DNA of 64,000 bases from Candidatus Parcubacteria bacterium (GTDB taxonomy: Bacteria; Patescibacteriota; Patescibacteriia; Patescibacteriales; UBA12075), in contig PKTK01000008.1 of the NCBI GenBank assembly GCA_002869165.1, positions 9,616 through 73,615 of the forward strand, written 5' to 3'. This document shows positions 53,208-60,822 of this stretch, piece after piece. The translations under genes were made by a program, and so were the position numbers. A model generated the notes under the pieces. The model saw only the letters and a list, made by a program, of their open reading frames with translations. It was not told the origin of the DNA and made no database searches. Numbering within the stretch: the stretch's first letter is position 1; each line of letters opens with the position of its first letter.

Positions 53208-53324
53208 ATCATTCTCCTTTAAATAAAATAACTATAATGTAAAGATCTGCCTATAATAAATTATACAAAAAATGTCATGAATTTTTTATAAAAAAATTCT
53301 AAAGAAAAGATAAAAAAATTTTAA

Positions 53325-53351
53325 CAAAAAAAGACTAATGTTAGTCTTTTT
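53325..53351. terminator. Hairpin terminator 18 nt downstream of the OmpR-type regulator gene
   Basis: aaaaaa-aagacta-atgt-tagtctt-ttt. Symmetrical A/T flanks. Confidence 0.55.
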
Positions 53352-53368
53352 ATTAATTTTCTGCCCTA

Positions 53369-54043
53369 TTATTCTTTTGTGTCAATCTTGTAACCTTTTC
53401 CCGGTAATGTATAAAGTAGCTTTTTTTTGCCATCCAAGTCTACTTTTTTTCTTAAACTCATTATATGAGACTCTATAGTATTAGAAAAAGGATCTGCACT
53501 CATATCCCAAACATGCTCCATAATCATAGCTCTACTCAAAGCAATACCCTTATTTCTCATCATATATTCAAGCAAAGTAAATTCTTTTCTTGTTAATTTA
53601 ATTTCCTCATCACCTCGACTTACTATATGCTTATTTATATCCATCTTCAAATCTGCCACTTTTAATATCTCTCCTTTTATATCTTTTGGTCTTCTCATCA
53701 AAGCCCTACTTCTTGCCATTAACTCATCTAAAGAAAAAGGTTTAGTAAGATAATCATCAGCCCCAGCATTAAGTAAATCTACTTTTGTGGTTGTCTCAGA
53801 CTTCACCGAAAGCATGAGAACTGGAATATGCTTTTTCTTTTTTCTAATTTGCTTCAATGCATCTAAACCATTCATTTTTGGCATTGAAAAATCCATAGTT
53901 ATAAGATCATAGTGATTACTCAAAACCATCTTAACTGCTTCGTCTCCATCTTGCGCTTCATCAACTACAAAACACTCAGCCTCTAAGCTTTTCTTCAAAT
54001 AATTTCGAATTTCTTTTTCATCTTCAACAACAAGTACTCTCAT
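53369..54043 (-). CDS. OmpR/PhoB-family response regulator (receiver + winged-helix)
   Basis: MRVLVVEDE, DLITMDFSMPKMNG, KPF, then the C-terminal trans_reg_C motif LTRKEFTLLEYMMRNKG...LRKKV. Confidence 0.9.
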   Translation of the reverse strand: MRVLVVEDEKEIRNYLKKSLEAECFVVDEAQDGDEAVKMVLSNHYDLITMDFSMPKMNGLDALKQIRKKKKHIPVLMLSVKSETTTKVDLLNAGADDYLTKPFSLDELMARSRALMRRPKDIKGEILKVADLKMDINKHIVSRGDEEIKLTRKEFTLLEYMMRNKGIALSRAMIMEHVWDMSADPFSNTIESHIMSLRKKVDLDGKKKLLYTLPGKGYKIDTKE

Positions 54044-54187
54044 AAATTATTATTTTTAATTAATTAGCAATGTTTTTATTATACTATCTTTTTAAAATCG
54101 GGTCAATTTCGGATAGAATTGTAAAAAATACGTATAATAAACACCAAATCCCTTGTTTCCTCTAAATAATTTTGTTATAATAAGCTT

Positions 54188-55213
54188 ATGTTAAGAATAA
54201 AAAAACTTGGCGTTATTTTAAGACCAACAAGGCTTGCTTTTGAAAGCAAGTGTGTTTTTAATCCAGGTATTTATCAAGACGGCAATACAGTCCACATGAT
54301 TTATCGAGCGCTTGATGATAATTACGTTTCAACTCTTGGTTATGCCAGATTTGAAGGACCAACCAAGCTGGTTGAAAGATTTTCCAAGCCTCTCTATACA
54401 CCAAAATTCAAATACGAATCACACGGCATGGAAGATCCTTGCATTGTAAAAATTGACGATACCATCTATATGACATATGTTGCTCACGATGGGGTTAACG
54501 CTTTAATTGCATATATGTATGGTGATGATATTTTAAATTTAAAAAGAGGAGGGATTATTAGCCCTCTTATTTCATATCACAAGGCTGCAAAACTATTTGA
54601 TGAAACCCAGCTAAAAGACGACTACTATATGTTTGGTGCTTATTATGAAAAATACGGTGACAAAAATATCTATGTATGGGAAAAAGACGGCGTACTATTT
54701 CCTGAAATGATCAACAAGCGCTATGCTCTACTTCACCGCATCCTACCAGATGTACAGCTCATCAAATTTGATGATTTCAAACAATTAAAAAATACAAAAT
54801 ACTGGGAAGAACATATTAGACACTTAGCTGATCATGTAGTTTTAGAAGGTGATTTTAATTTTCAAAACAGACATATTGGAGCAGGCGCCCCGCCAATCAA
54901 AACCAAAGACGGATGGATTCTTATCAATCATGCGGTACAGAAAAAAAACAGTGGTAGAATTTATCGCGCTACTGCCGCTCTTTTAGATTTGAATAACCCT
55001 CAAAAAGTTATTGCCAGACTCCCCTATCCTCTATTTTCCCCTGAAGAAGACTACGAACTGGAAGGACATGTGAACAATGTGGTATTCCCAACTGGTATTT
55101 CAATTTTTAACAATCAAGCATATATATATTACGGCACATCAGATAGCTACGTAGCTGTGACTTCAGTAGATATTGATGAGCTAAGAGAAGAACTACTAAA
55201 AAATAAAGTGTAA
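54188..55213 (+). CDS. GH130/DUF377-like beta-propeller glycosidase or phosphorylase
   Basis: CVFNPGIYQDG..VHMIYRA, GMEDPCIVKIDDTIYMTYVAHDG, YYGTSDSYVAV. Family-level call only. Confidence 0.65.
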   Translation: MLRIKKLGVILRPTRLAFESKCVFNPGIYQDGNTVHMIYRALDDNYVSTLGYARFEGPTKLVERFSKPLYTPKFKYESHGMEDPCIVKIDDTIYMTYVAHDGVNALIAYMYGDDILNLKRGGIISPLISYHKAAKLFDETQLKDDYYMFGAYYEKYGDKNIYVWEKDGVLFPEMINKRYALLHRILPDVQLIKFDDFKQLKNTKYWEEHIRHLADHVVLEGDFNFQNRHIGAGAPPIKTKDGWILINHAVQKKNSGRIYRATAALLDLNNPQKVIARLPYPLFSPEEDYELEGHVNNVVFPTGISIFNNQAYIYYGTSDSYVAVTSVDIDELREELLKNKV

Positions 55214-55267
55214 TTTTTGGCTTATTCTTTTTTCCTTATAAGCTAGACATTCTTGTTGCCAAAAAAT

Positions 55268-57493
55268 ATGTCTAAACCAAAAAATCCTTGTGTTTTGTAT
55301 GTCTCTAGTTTTCCTCCAAGAGAATGTGGCATTGCTACCTTCACAAGAAGACTTACAGACGCAATCGACAAAGAGATAGCACCAGATGTAAAAAGTAAAA
55401 TCTGTGCTATCAATTCCAATGGAACCTCTATCTACAATTATCCCCGCAAAGTTATAATGCAAATCAATGAAACTGAGATGGAGGACTATATAAAAAGGGC
55501 TTACGAGATCAACAAAAGACCAGACATAAAAATAGTCAGCATTCAACATGAATATGGCTTGTTTGGCGGTGAGCAAGGTGAATACCTAATGGCTTTTTTG
55601 GAGCTACTCAAAAAACCTTTTGTTATTACTATGCATACAGTCTTGCCTCATCCTGATGAAAAGATGCGCAAAGTTGGCAATATCATTTCAGAAAAAGCTG
55701 CTGGTGTTACCGTTATGAACAAAACCGCCAAAGAACTGCTTCACAAAGTTTACAAAATCAAGAAAAATAAGATTCATGTTATTCCACATGGAGTTTTTCA
55801 TGTTCCTTTTCCTTCAAAATATAATGCCAAGAAAAAATTAAATTTGAACGGTCGTTTTGTACTATCCACCTTTGGTATGATTAGTTGTGACAAAGGAATT
55901 GAGTATGCCATTGAAGCACTCCCTGATATTGTTGCTAAATATCCCAATATACTTTATCTGGTTATCGGGGCCACCCATCCGCAGGTTCTCAAAAACGAAG
56001 GAGAAAAATACCGCAACATGCTAAAAAAACTAATTGTTAAACACAAACTACAAAACAACGTAAAATTTTACAATAAATATATTGAAGAAAGAGAAATTCC
56101 AGATTTCCTACGGGCTACAGATGTCTATATTTATCCTATGCTTTCCAAAGAACAAGCTAGTTCAGGTTCTCTATCAGACGCCATGAGTTGTGCTTGTCCT
56201 GTTATTGCTACCAAGAGTCAGTATGCCCAAAGCGTAATCAACCGAGAACGAGGCTTTCTGGTAAATTTTCGCAATTCAAAACAAATCCGTGATGCTCTGT
56301 TTGATTTAATAGAAGACAAACAACTACGCAAAGAAATGACCAAAAATACATATTTCTATACTCGACATATGACTTGGCAAAACGTAGCGTATTCTAACTT
56401 CAATCTTTTTAATCATATAGCCAAAATAAGACCAAAAGACAAAAATACCTATCCGCCAATAAAGCTAGATTATATTAACTCATTAACAGATGATTTTGGC
56501 ATCATACAATTTGCCAACCATACCAAACCTGATATTCATTCTGGCTATTGTGTTGATGACAATGCTCGTGCTTTGATTGGTTGCGTTGATATGTTTCAAC
56601 AAAAGCGCTCTGCAAAAATTGCCAAAATGATGAATAACTATCTACATTTTTTGGACTTTACTCAAAAATCCAATGGTCGTTTTCATAATTTTGTCAGTTA
56701 TCAAAAAACTTGGAATGACATTCAAGAATCTGATGATTCCTTTGGTAGAGCTATTTGGGCCTTAGGAAAAACCATTAGCAGTAATTATCTTAACGAAGAA
56801 CAAAGAAAATTGGCTTTGAAAATATTTAATTCAGCCTATCACAACGTCCATAAACTTGAATCTTTACGTGCTATTGCCTTTGCAATCATTGGTTTATCTC
56901 ACTTGTATGATTCTCCATACAACCCGATAACAAATATAGAAAACGATATCAAAATCCTATCTGACAAACTAGTATTTAAATTTAATATTACAACTAGTGA
57001 ACAAAAAAATTCTTGGGACTGGTTTGAAAATTCTCTTACTTACTCGAATTATAAACTACCAGAAAGTTTATTAAGGGCATACGAAACAACTGGAAACAAA
57101 GAATATAAACAAGTAGCTGAAAAAGCTCTGAAATTTTTAATGGGTATAACTTTTGAAAAAAAAGAACATTTTTCTCCAATAGGCCAAGATGGCTGGTATT
57201 TCCGAGATGGCAAAAGAGCATACTTTGACCAGCAACCAGAAGACGCTGCTTCTGCAGTCGAAGCGTTGACAATCGCCTATCGAGCAACCAAAAAGAAAAC
57301 CTATAAAAATAAAGCTGAGTTAGCTTTCCAATGGTTCCTTGGTAAAAACCATCTCAAGCAAATGGTTTATGACGAGGCTACCGGAGGATGCTATGACGGT
57401 CTTGGTAAATACTCTCTCAATTTCAATCAAGGAGCTGAATCAACTCTATCATATTTTCTGGCTAGATTAGCTATTGAAAAAATAAGTAACTAA
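55268..57493 (+). CDS. Family-4-type glycosyltransferase fused to a ~350-aa C-terminal alpha/alpha-toroid-like domain
   Basis: The track start is TTG 55253; ATG 55268 (MSKPKNPCVLYVSSFPPRECGIATF) is more likely. GT-B C-terminal motif YPMLSKEQASSGSLSDAMSCACPVIAT. The C-terminal half has DDNARALIG...FGRAIWALG. Confidence 0.75.
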   Translation: MSKPKNPCVLYVSSFPPRECGIATFTRRLTDAIDKEIAPDVKSKICAINSNGTSIYNYPRKVIMQINETEMEDYIKRAYEINKRPDIKIVSIQHEYGLFGGEQGEYLMAFLELLKKPFVITMHTVLPHPDEKMRKVGNIISEKAAGVTVMNKTAKELLHKVYKIKKNKIHVIPHGVFHVPFPSKYNAKKKLNLNGRFVLSTFGMISCDKGIEYAIEALPDIVAKYPNILYLVIGATHPQVLKNEGEKYRNMLKKLIVKHKLQNNVKFYNKYIEEREIPDFLRATDVYIYPMLSKEQASSGSLSDAMSCACPVIATKSQYAQSVINRERGFLVNFRNSKQIRDALFDLIEDKQLRKEMTKNTYFYTRHMTWQNVAYSNFNLFNHIAKIRPKDKNTYPPIKLDYINSLTDDFGIIQFANHTKPDIHSGYCVDDNARALIGCVDMFQQKRSAKIAKMMNNYLHFLDFTQKSNGRFHNFVSYQKTWNDIQESDDSFGRAIWALGKTISSNYLNEEQRKLALKIFNSAYHNVHKLESLRAIAFAIIGLSHLYDSPYNPITNIENDIKILSDKLVFKFNITTSEQKNSWDWFENSLTYSNYKLPESLLRAYETTGNKEYKQVAEKALKFLMGITFEKKEHFSPIGQDGWYFRDGKRAYFDQQPEDAASAVEALTIAYRATKKKTYKNKAELAFQWFLGKNHLKQMVYDEATGGCYDGLGKYSLNFNQGAESTLSYFLARLAIEKISN

Positions 57494-57512
57494 AAAGGAG
57501 GCGGGATACACC

Positions 57513-58085
57513 ATGAAAATATTTAAACACCTTTACTATAAATTTTTTTGTAATAAAATAATTAAATATCACATTGACTATAAACGTGATAAATGTGATG
57601 ATCGAAATATATTGGAATCAGTTATATTTCCTTTTATTTTGGCTGAGTTCGATCCACAAAGTATTCTTGATATCGGTCGAGAAGGTTACCAGGAATTTTA
57701 TAATGACTTCTTTACTGGACGCGACTTATGGACACTTGATTATGAACCCAAACATGAAGAATTCGGTTCGCCTGACAAACATATTGTAGATTCTGTAGTT
57801 AATCTAAGTAAACATTTCAAAAAAAATCAATTTGATTTTATTCTTATGAACGGTGTTTTTGGTTGGGGACTTAATGATGAAAAAGATATTCAAAAAACTT
57901 TTAATGATATATTTGAAATACTTAAACCAGGAGGGATATTTGTACTCGGTTACAATGACGACATTGTGCCACTAGAAAAAATTACTGGACTTAAAAAACT
58001 CAGGGCTTACAAATTCAAACCACTAAAAACAAATGAATATGTTTGCAGTAATGGCAATCATACTTATAACTTTTACATAAAATAA
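57513..58085 (+). CDS. Small SAM-dependent methyltransferase-like protein
   Basis: SILDIGREGYQEF, ILKPGGIFVLGY. Weak family-level match. Confidence 0.55.
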   Translation: MKIFKHLYYKFFCNKIIKYHIDYKRDKCDDRNILESVIFPFILAEFDPQSILDIGREGYQEFYNDFFTGRDLWTLDYEPKHEEFGSPDKHIVDSVVNLSKHFKKNQFDFILMNGVFGWGLNDEKDIQKTFNDIFEILKPGGIFVLGYNDDIVPLEKITGLKKLRAYKFKPLKTNEYVCSNGNHTYNFYIK

Positions 58086-58096
58086 CTATTCTCTTT

Positions 58097-58185
58097 TCAT
58101 TCCTGCGGAGGCGAGAATCTCATGATTGTAGAAATAGTTAATATTCCTGCCTCCGTCCCGCAAAAAGACGTGACAAGCAGGAATA
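58097..58185. repeat. Palindromic intergenic element, short degenerate copy
   Basis: ttcattcctgcggaggcgagaatctc. attcctgc pairs with gcaggaat (58177-58184) and cggaggc pairs with gcctccg. The track ORF start at 58122 translates this element. Confidence 0.4.
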
Positions 58186-58193
58186 ACAAAAAC

Positions 58194-59348
58194 ATGGATT
58201 ATATTAAAAAAGCCTATACTGAAGCCCTAAAAACTCTAGATGCTTCAGCAAAAAAAACTGGTTTCTATGCTTCTGGACTTAAAGGAGGTTATGAAGCAAC
58301 TTGGGCTAGGGATTCTATGATTACCTCCCTTGGCGCTAGTCTGGTTGAAAATAAATACAAACATCCTTTTGCGAAATCACTAGAATTACTCGCTAGTAAT
58401 CAAAGTAGCAATGGACAAATTCCTAATTGCGTAGGTTCTTACAATACTGACAGAAGAAGCAATGCAACTTTCAATTCCATTGACTCAAGCCTCTGGTTTA
58501 TAATCGGCCATTACGCTTATGCCAGAGCTTACAATACTCACGGTTTACTAAATAAACATAAAAAACACATAGCCAAAGCTTTACTTTGGCTTCGCATGCA
58601 GGATCCAAACGAAGATGGACTTCTCTCTCAACAACCAACCATGGACTGGATGGATGCTTTTCCTCATAAATATGGTAATGTGATAAATACGCAAGCCATG
58701 TATTTCACCGTACTTAAACTTATAGGGGATAAAAAGAAAGCTATTCATTTTCGAAAAGTGGTTAACGGTGATGTTGATGCTTATTTAAAACTCTACGACA
58801 AAAAACTTGGATACTATTTACCCTGGAATTGGAAAAATCATGATGGAGATCGTGAACAGGAAGAATGGTTTGATTCACTAGGAAACTGCCTAGCCATTCT
58901 ATCAGGTTTAGCCAAAAGACCACAGGCCTTATCTATTCTTAAACACATTGAAAAAAATAAGATCAATCGCCCTCACCCACTAAAAGCTATCTGGCCTCCT
59001 ATCAAAGAAGGTGATAAAGAGTGGAAATCTTATTTTTCAAAATGTGATGCTCGTGAACCACTTAGCTACCTAAATGGTGGTATCTGGCCATTCATCGGAG
59101 GATTTTATGTAGCTAGTCTAGTTAAAATGAATAAGCTTAAACAGGCTAAAGAAGAACTTGAAATTCTAGCTAAAGGAAATTTGAAAGCAACTGAAATGAG
59201 AGAATTAAAAGGCAAGTATAATTTCAATGAATGGCTACATGGAAAAACTGGCAGTCCTGAAGGAGAAGCCTACCAAGCTTGGAGTGCTGGTATGTATATC
59301 TATGCTTATGAATGTGTAAAACAAAAACGAGCGATTTATTTTGAATAG
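58194..59348 (+). CDS. Amylo-alpha-1,6-glucosidase / GDE_C-like (alpha/alpha)6 glycoside hydrolase
   Basis: Track ORF 58122-59348, trimmed to the ATG at 58194 (MDYIKKAY...) because the first 24 codons are the palindromic repeat. Motifs YEATWARDSMIT, NGGIWPFIGGFY, QAWSAGMY. Confidence 0.7.
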   Translation: MDYIKKAYTEALKTLDASAKKTGFYASGLKGGYEATWARDSMITSLGASLVENKYKHPFAKSLELLASNQSSNGQIPNCVGSYNTDRRSNATFNSIDSSLWFIIGHYAYARAYNTHGLLNKHKKHIAKALLWLRMQDPNEDGLLSQQPTMDWMDAFPHKYGNVINTQAMYFTVLKLIGDKKKAIHFRKVVNGDVDAYLKLYDKKLGYYLPWNWKNHDGDREQEEWFDSLGNCLAILSGLAKRPQALSILKHIEKNKINRPHPLKAIWPPIKEGDKEWKSYFSKCDAREPLSYLNGGIWPFIGGFYVASLVKMNKLKQAKEELEILAKGNLKATEMRELKGKYNFNEWLHGKTGSPEGEAYQAWSAGMYIYAYECVKQKRAIYFE

Positions 59349-59383
59349 AAATTACAAAAAACACAAGATACAAGATACAAGCA
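59349..59383 (+). repeat. 7-nt periodic tract AAATTACAAAAAACACAAGATACAAGATACAAGC immediately after a stop codon
   Basis: Read directly. acaagat x2.5. Begins 1 nt after TAG 59346-59348. Confidence 0.5.
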
Positions 59384-59397
59384 AATCAAAAAAAAAT

Positions 59398-59435
59398 AAC
59401 CAAACATTAATATTGTTTGGTTGTTTTTATTTTTA
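59398..59435 (+). terminator. Rho-independent terminator
   Basis: aaccaaaca-ttaatat-tgtttggtt followed by gtttttattttt. Confidence 0.65.
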
Positions 59436-59631
59436 TTCAAACTATTTTTCCATAAAAGAAGAGCCCCTAAATAAAAAGTACAAATAATTAACTCTTTTTT
59501 TAAAAGAGCAGTACCCGAGCGAAGTATAAATAGTTAATTCTCACTTTTTTAAAGGGGAGAATTATTGATTTTGATTCGCTTGGTGCTCTAACTGAAAAAA
59601 AAGAGAAATAACATAAACATTATCCGCTTAA

Positions 59632-59734
59632 TAAATTCCCCTCTTTTTAAAGAGGGGTTGATGGTGTGAAATTTAAAATCCACGTAAATCAAACTAACAA
59701 AATTTGCTTTGGAATATGCTTAGCTAGGGGAGTT
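59632..59734. repeat. 103-bp direct repeat, copy 1 (3' of the DUF559 gene); contains the hairpin CCCCTCTTTTTAAAGAGGGG
   Basis: Aligned by eye to 60435-60537: 4 mismatches in 103 nt. Confidence 0.8.
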
Positions 59735-59754
59735 AAAAACGTAAATCAAAACAC

Positions 59755-60102
59755 CTACCTTTTACCTCTCTCCTCTTCAATAAAAATTTGAATAGCTCTA
59801 AGTACCCCATCTATATCTTTCTTAACTTGCGAGTCATTGAATCTCAAGATTCTATAACCTGCTTTTTCGAGTTGATCTTGTCTGATTTTATCTTTTTCTT
59901 CTTTCTCACCATGACTCGCGCCATCAATTTCAATAATTAATTTATATTCTGCACAATAAAAATCTACAATATAATTAAATATTTGCTTCTGGCGCAAAAA
60001 TCTTGGACCTAATTTTCTGGCTTTCAAATTATTCCACAATAAAACTTCTGACAAAGTTGAATTATTTCTTAGATTTCTAGCTAAATATTTTAAATTTTTC
60101 AT
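59755..60102 (-). CDS. DUF559 (Vsr-like endonuclease fold) domain protein
   Basis: LRNNSTLSEVLLWNNLKARKLGPRFLRQKQIFNYIVDFYCAEYKLIIEIDGASH...AGYRILRFNDSQV. Typical DUF559 core. Confidence 0.85.
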   Translation of the reverse strand: MKNLKYLARNLRNNSTLSEVLLWNNLKARKLGPRFLRQKQIFNYIVDFYCAEYKLIIEIDGASHGEKEEKDKIRQDQLEKAGYRILRFNDSQVKKDIDGVLRAIQIFIEEERGKR

Positions 60103-60143
60103 AATTATTATTATAAACCCCTCCCCGCTTCGCGGTACTCCCC

Positions 60144-60295
60144 TTTAAAAAAGGGAGAATTATTGATTGTGTTTCGTGGTGCTTTTCTTTAAAAAAAGGG
60201 AGAATTATTGATTGTGTTTCGCGGTGCTTTTCTTTAAAAAAAGGGAGAATTATTGATTGTGTTTCGCGATGCTTTTCTTTAAAAAAAGGGAGAAT
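60144..60295. repeat. Tandem array, 45-bp unit x ~3.4 (TTTAAAAAAAGGGAGAATTATTGATTGTGTTTCGCGGTGCTTTTC)
   Basis: Units at 60144-60187, 60188-60232, 60233-60277 and a partial unit at 60278-60295, with 1-2 substitutions per unit. Degenerate single units at about 59548-59590 and 60322-60368. Confidence 0.85.
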
Positions 60296-60434
60296 GTAAA
60301 AATTTAACTTCATTTAGGCGCCCCCTTGAAAAAGAAAAGAATTATTAATTGTACCTTGCTTGGAAGCTTGTTATTAAAAATAGGGGGTATTAAAAAATTT
60401 ATTTTATAATATTTTTCTTAAACAAGAGATATAT

Positions 60435-60537
60435 TAAATTCCCCTCTTTTTAAAGAGGGGTTGATGGTGTGAAATCTAAAATTCACGTAAATCAAACTAA
60501 CAAAATTTGCTTTGAAATATACTTAGCTAGGGGAGTT
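60435..60537. repeat. 103-bp direct repeat, copy 2 (3' of the AbrB-like gene)
   Basis: Same sequence as 59632-59734 apart from 4 mismatches. Its last base abuts/overlaps the TGA of the small ORF. Confidence 0.8.
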
Positions 60538-60698
60538 CAAGAACGCCAATCACGAATCTCAATCAGTCCTCTTCCCCTGTCTTTAACTACAAGCTTTTGT
60601 TTAGCCTTCCAGCCATACTTTTCAACTATTTCCTTAGGAATAGTTACCGTATAAGAATAGCATGATTTTTTTGTAAGTTTTTGAATATATTTTTTCAT
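60537..60698 (-). CDS. Small SpoVT/AbrB-fold DNA-binding protein (antitoxin-like); absent from the ORF track (53 aa)
   Basis: Hand translation: MKKYIQKLTKKSCYSYTVTIPKEIVEKYGWKAKQKLVVKDRGRGLIEIRDWRS-TGA. The TVTIPKEI...G..L.V motif is typical of the fold. Confidence 0.6.
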   Translation of the reverse strand: MKKYIQKLTKKSCYSYTVTIPKEIVEKYGWKAKQKLVVKDRGRGLIEIRDWRS

Positions 60699-60718
60699 AT
60701 TATTAATTATAACATATT

Positions 60719-60740
60719 AGGGGATTCTATAGAATCCCCT
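60719..60740. promoter_or_regulatory. 22-bp perfect palindrome AGGGGATTCTATAGAATCCCCT upstream of the AbrB-like ORF (candidate operator)
   Basis: Read directly. On the minus strand it is followed by aatatgtTATAATtaataatATG, so the -10-like box ends 7 nt before the ATG. Confidence 0.4.
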
Positions 60741-60760
60741 ATAGAGTCCTCTAAAATACA

Positions 60761-60791
60761 AAAAAAGAAGAATGTTGCACTCTTCTTTTTT
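60761..60791 (-). terminator. Rho-independent terminator after the glycosyltransferase gene
   Basis: aaaaaagaaga-atgttgcac-tcttctttttt. A-run and T-run flanks. 32 nt after the stop at 60823. Confidence 0.65.
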
Positions 60792-60792
60792 A

Positions 60793-60819
60793 TAATTTGT
60801 AATTGTAAATTCGTAATTA
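60793..60819. repeat. 7-nt periodic tract (gene-sense CTAATTACGAATTTACAATTACAAATTA) just 3' of a stop codon
   Basis: Read directly: taatttgtaattgtaaattcgtaattag, 3 nt from the stop at 60823-60825. Confidence 0.5.
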
Positions 60820-60822
60820 GCT

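Noticed and set aside
55196-55576. 126-aa minus-strand ORF overlapping the GH130-like/GT4 junction (also 52092-52355, 52503-52718, 57036-57287)
   Set aside because: Antisense overlaps of well-supported genes, with no motifs.
60077-60313. 78-aa ORF with a tripled ILPFFKEKHRETQSI motif
   Set aside because: It is simply the translation of the 45-bp tandem DNA repeat and overlaps the DUF559 start.
60144-60368. Possible CRISPR array (regularly spaced ~45-bp repeats)
   Set aside because: The units are head-to-tail with no unique spacers between them, and no cas genes are nearby. It is a plain tandem repeat.
60469-60654. 61-aa plus-strand ORF
   Set aside because: Starts inside the 103-bp direct repeat and runs antisense to the much better supported AbrB-like ORF.
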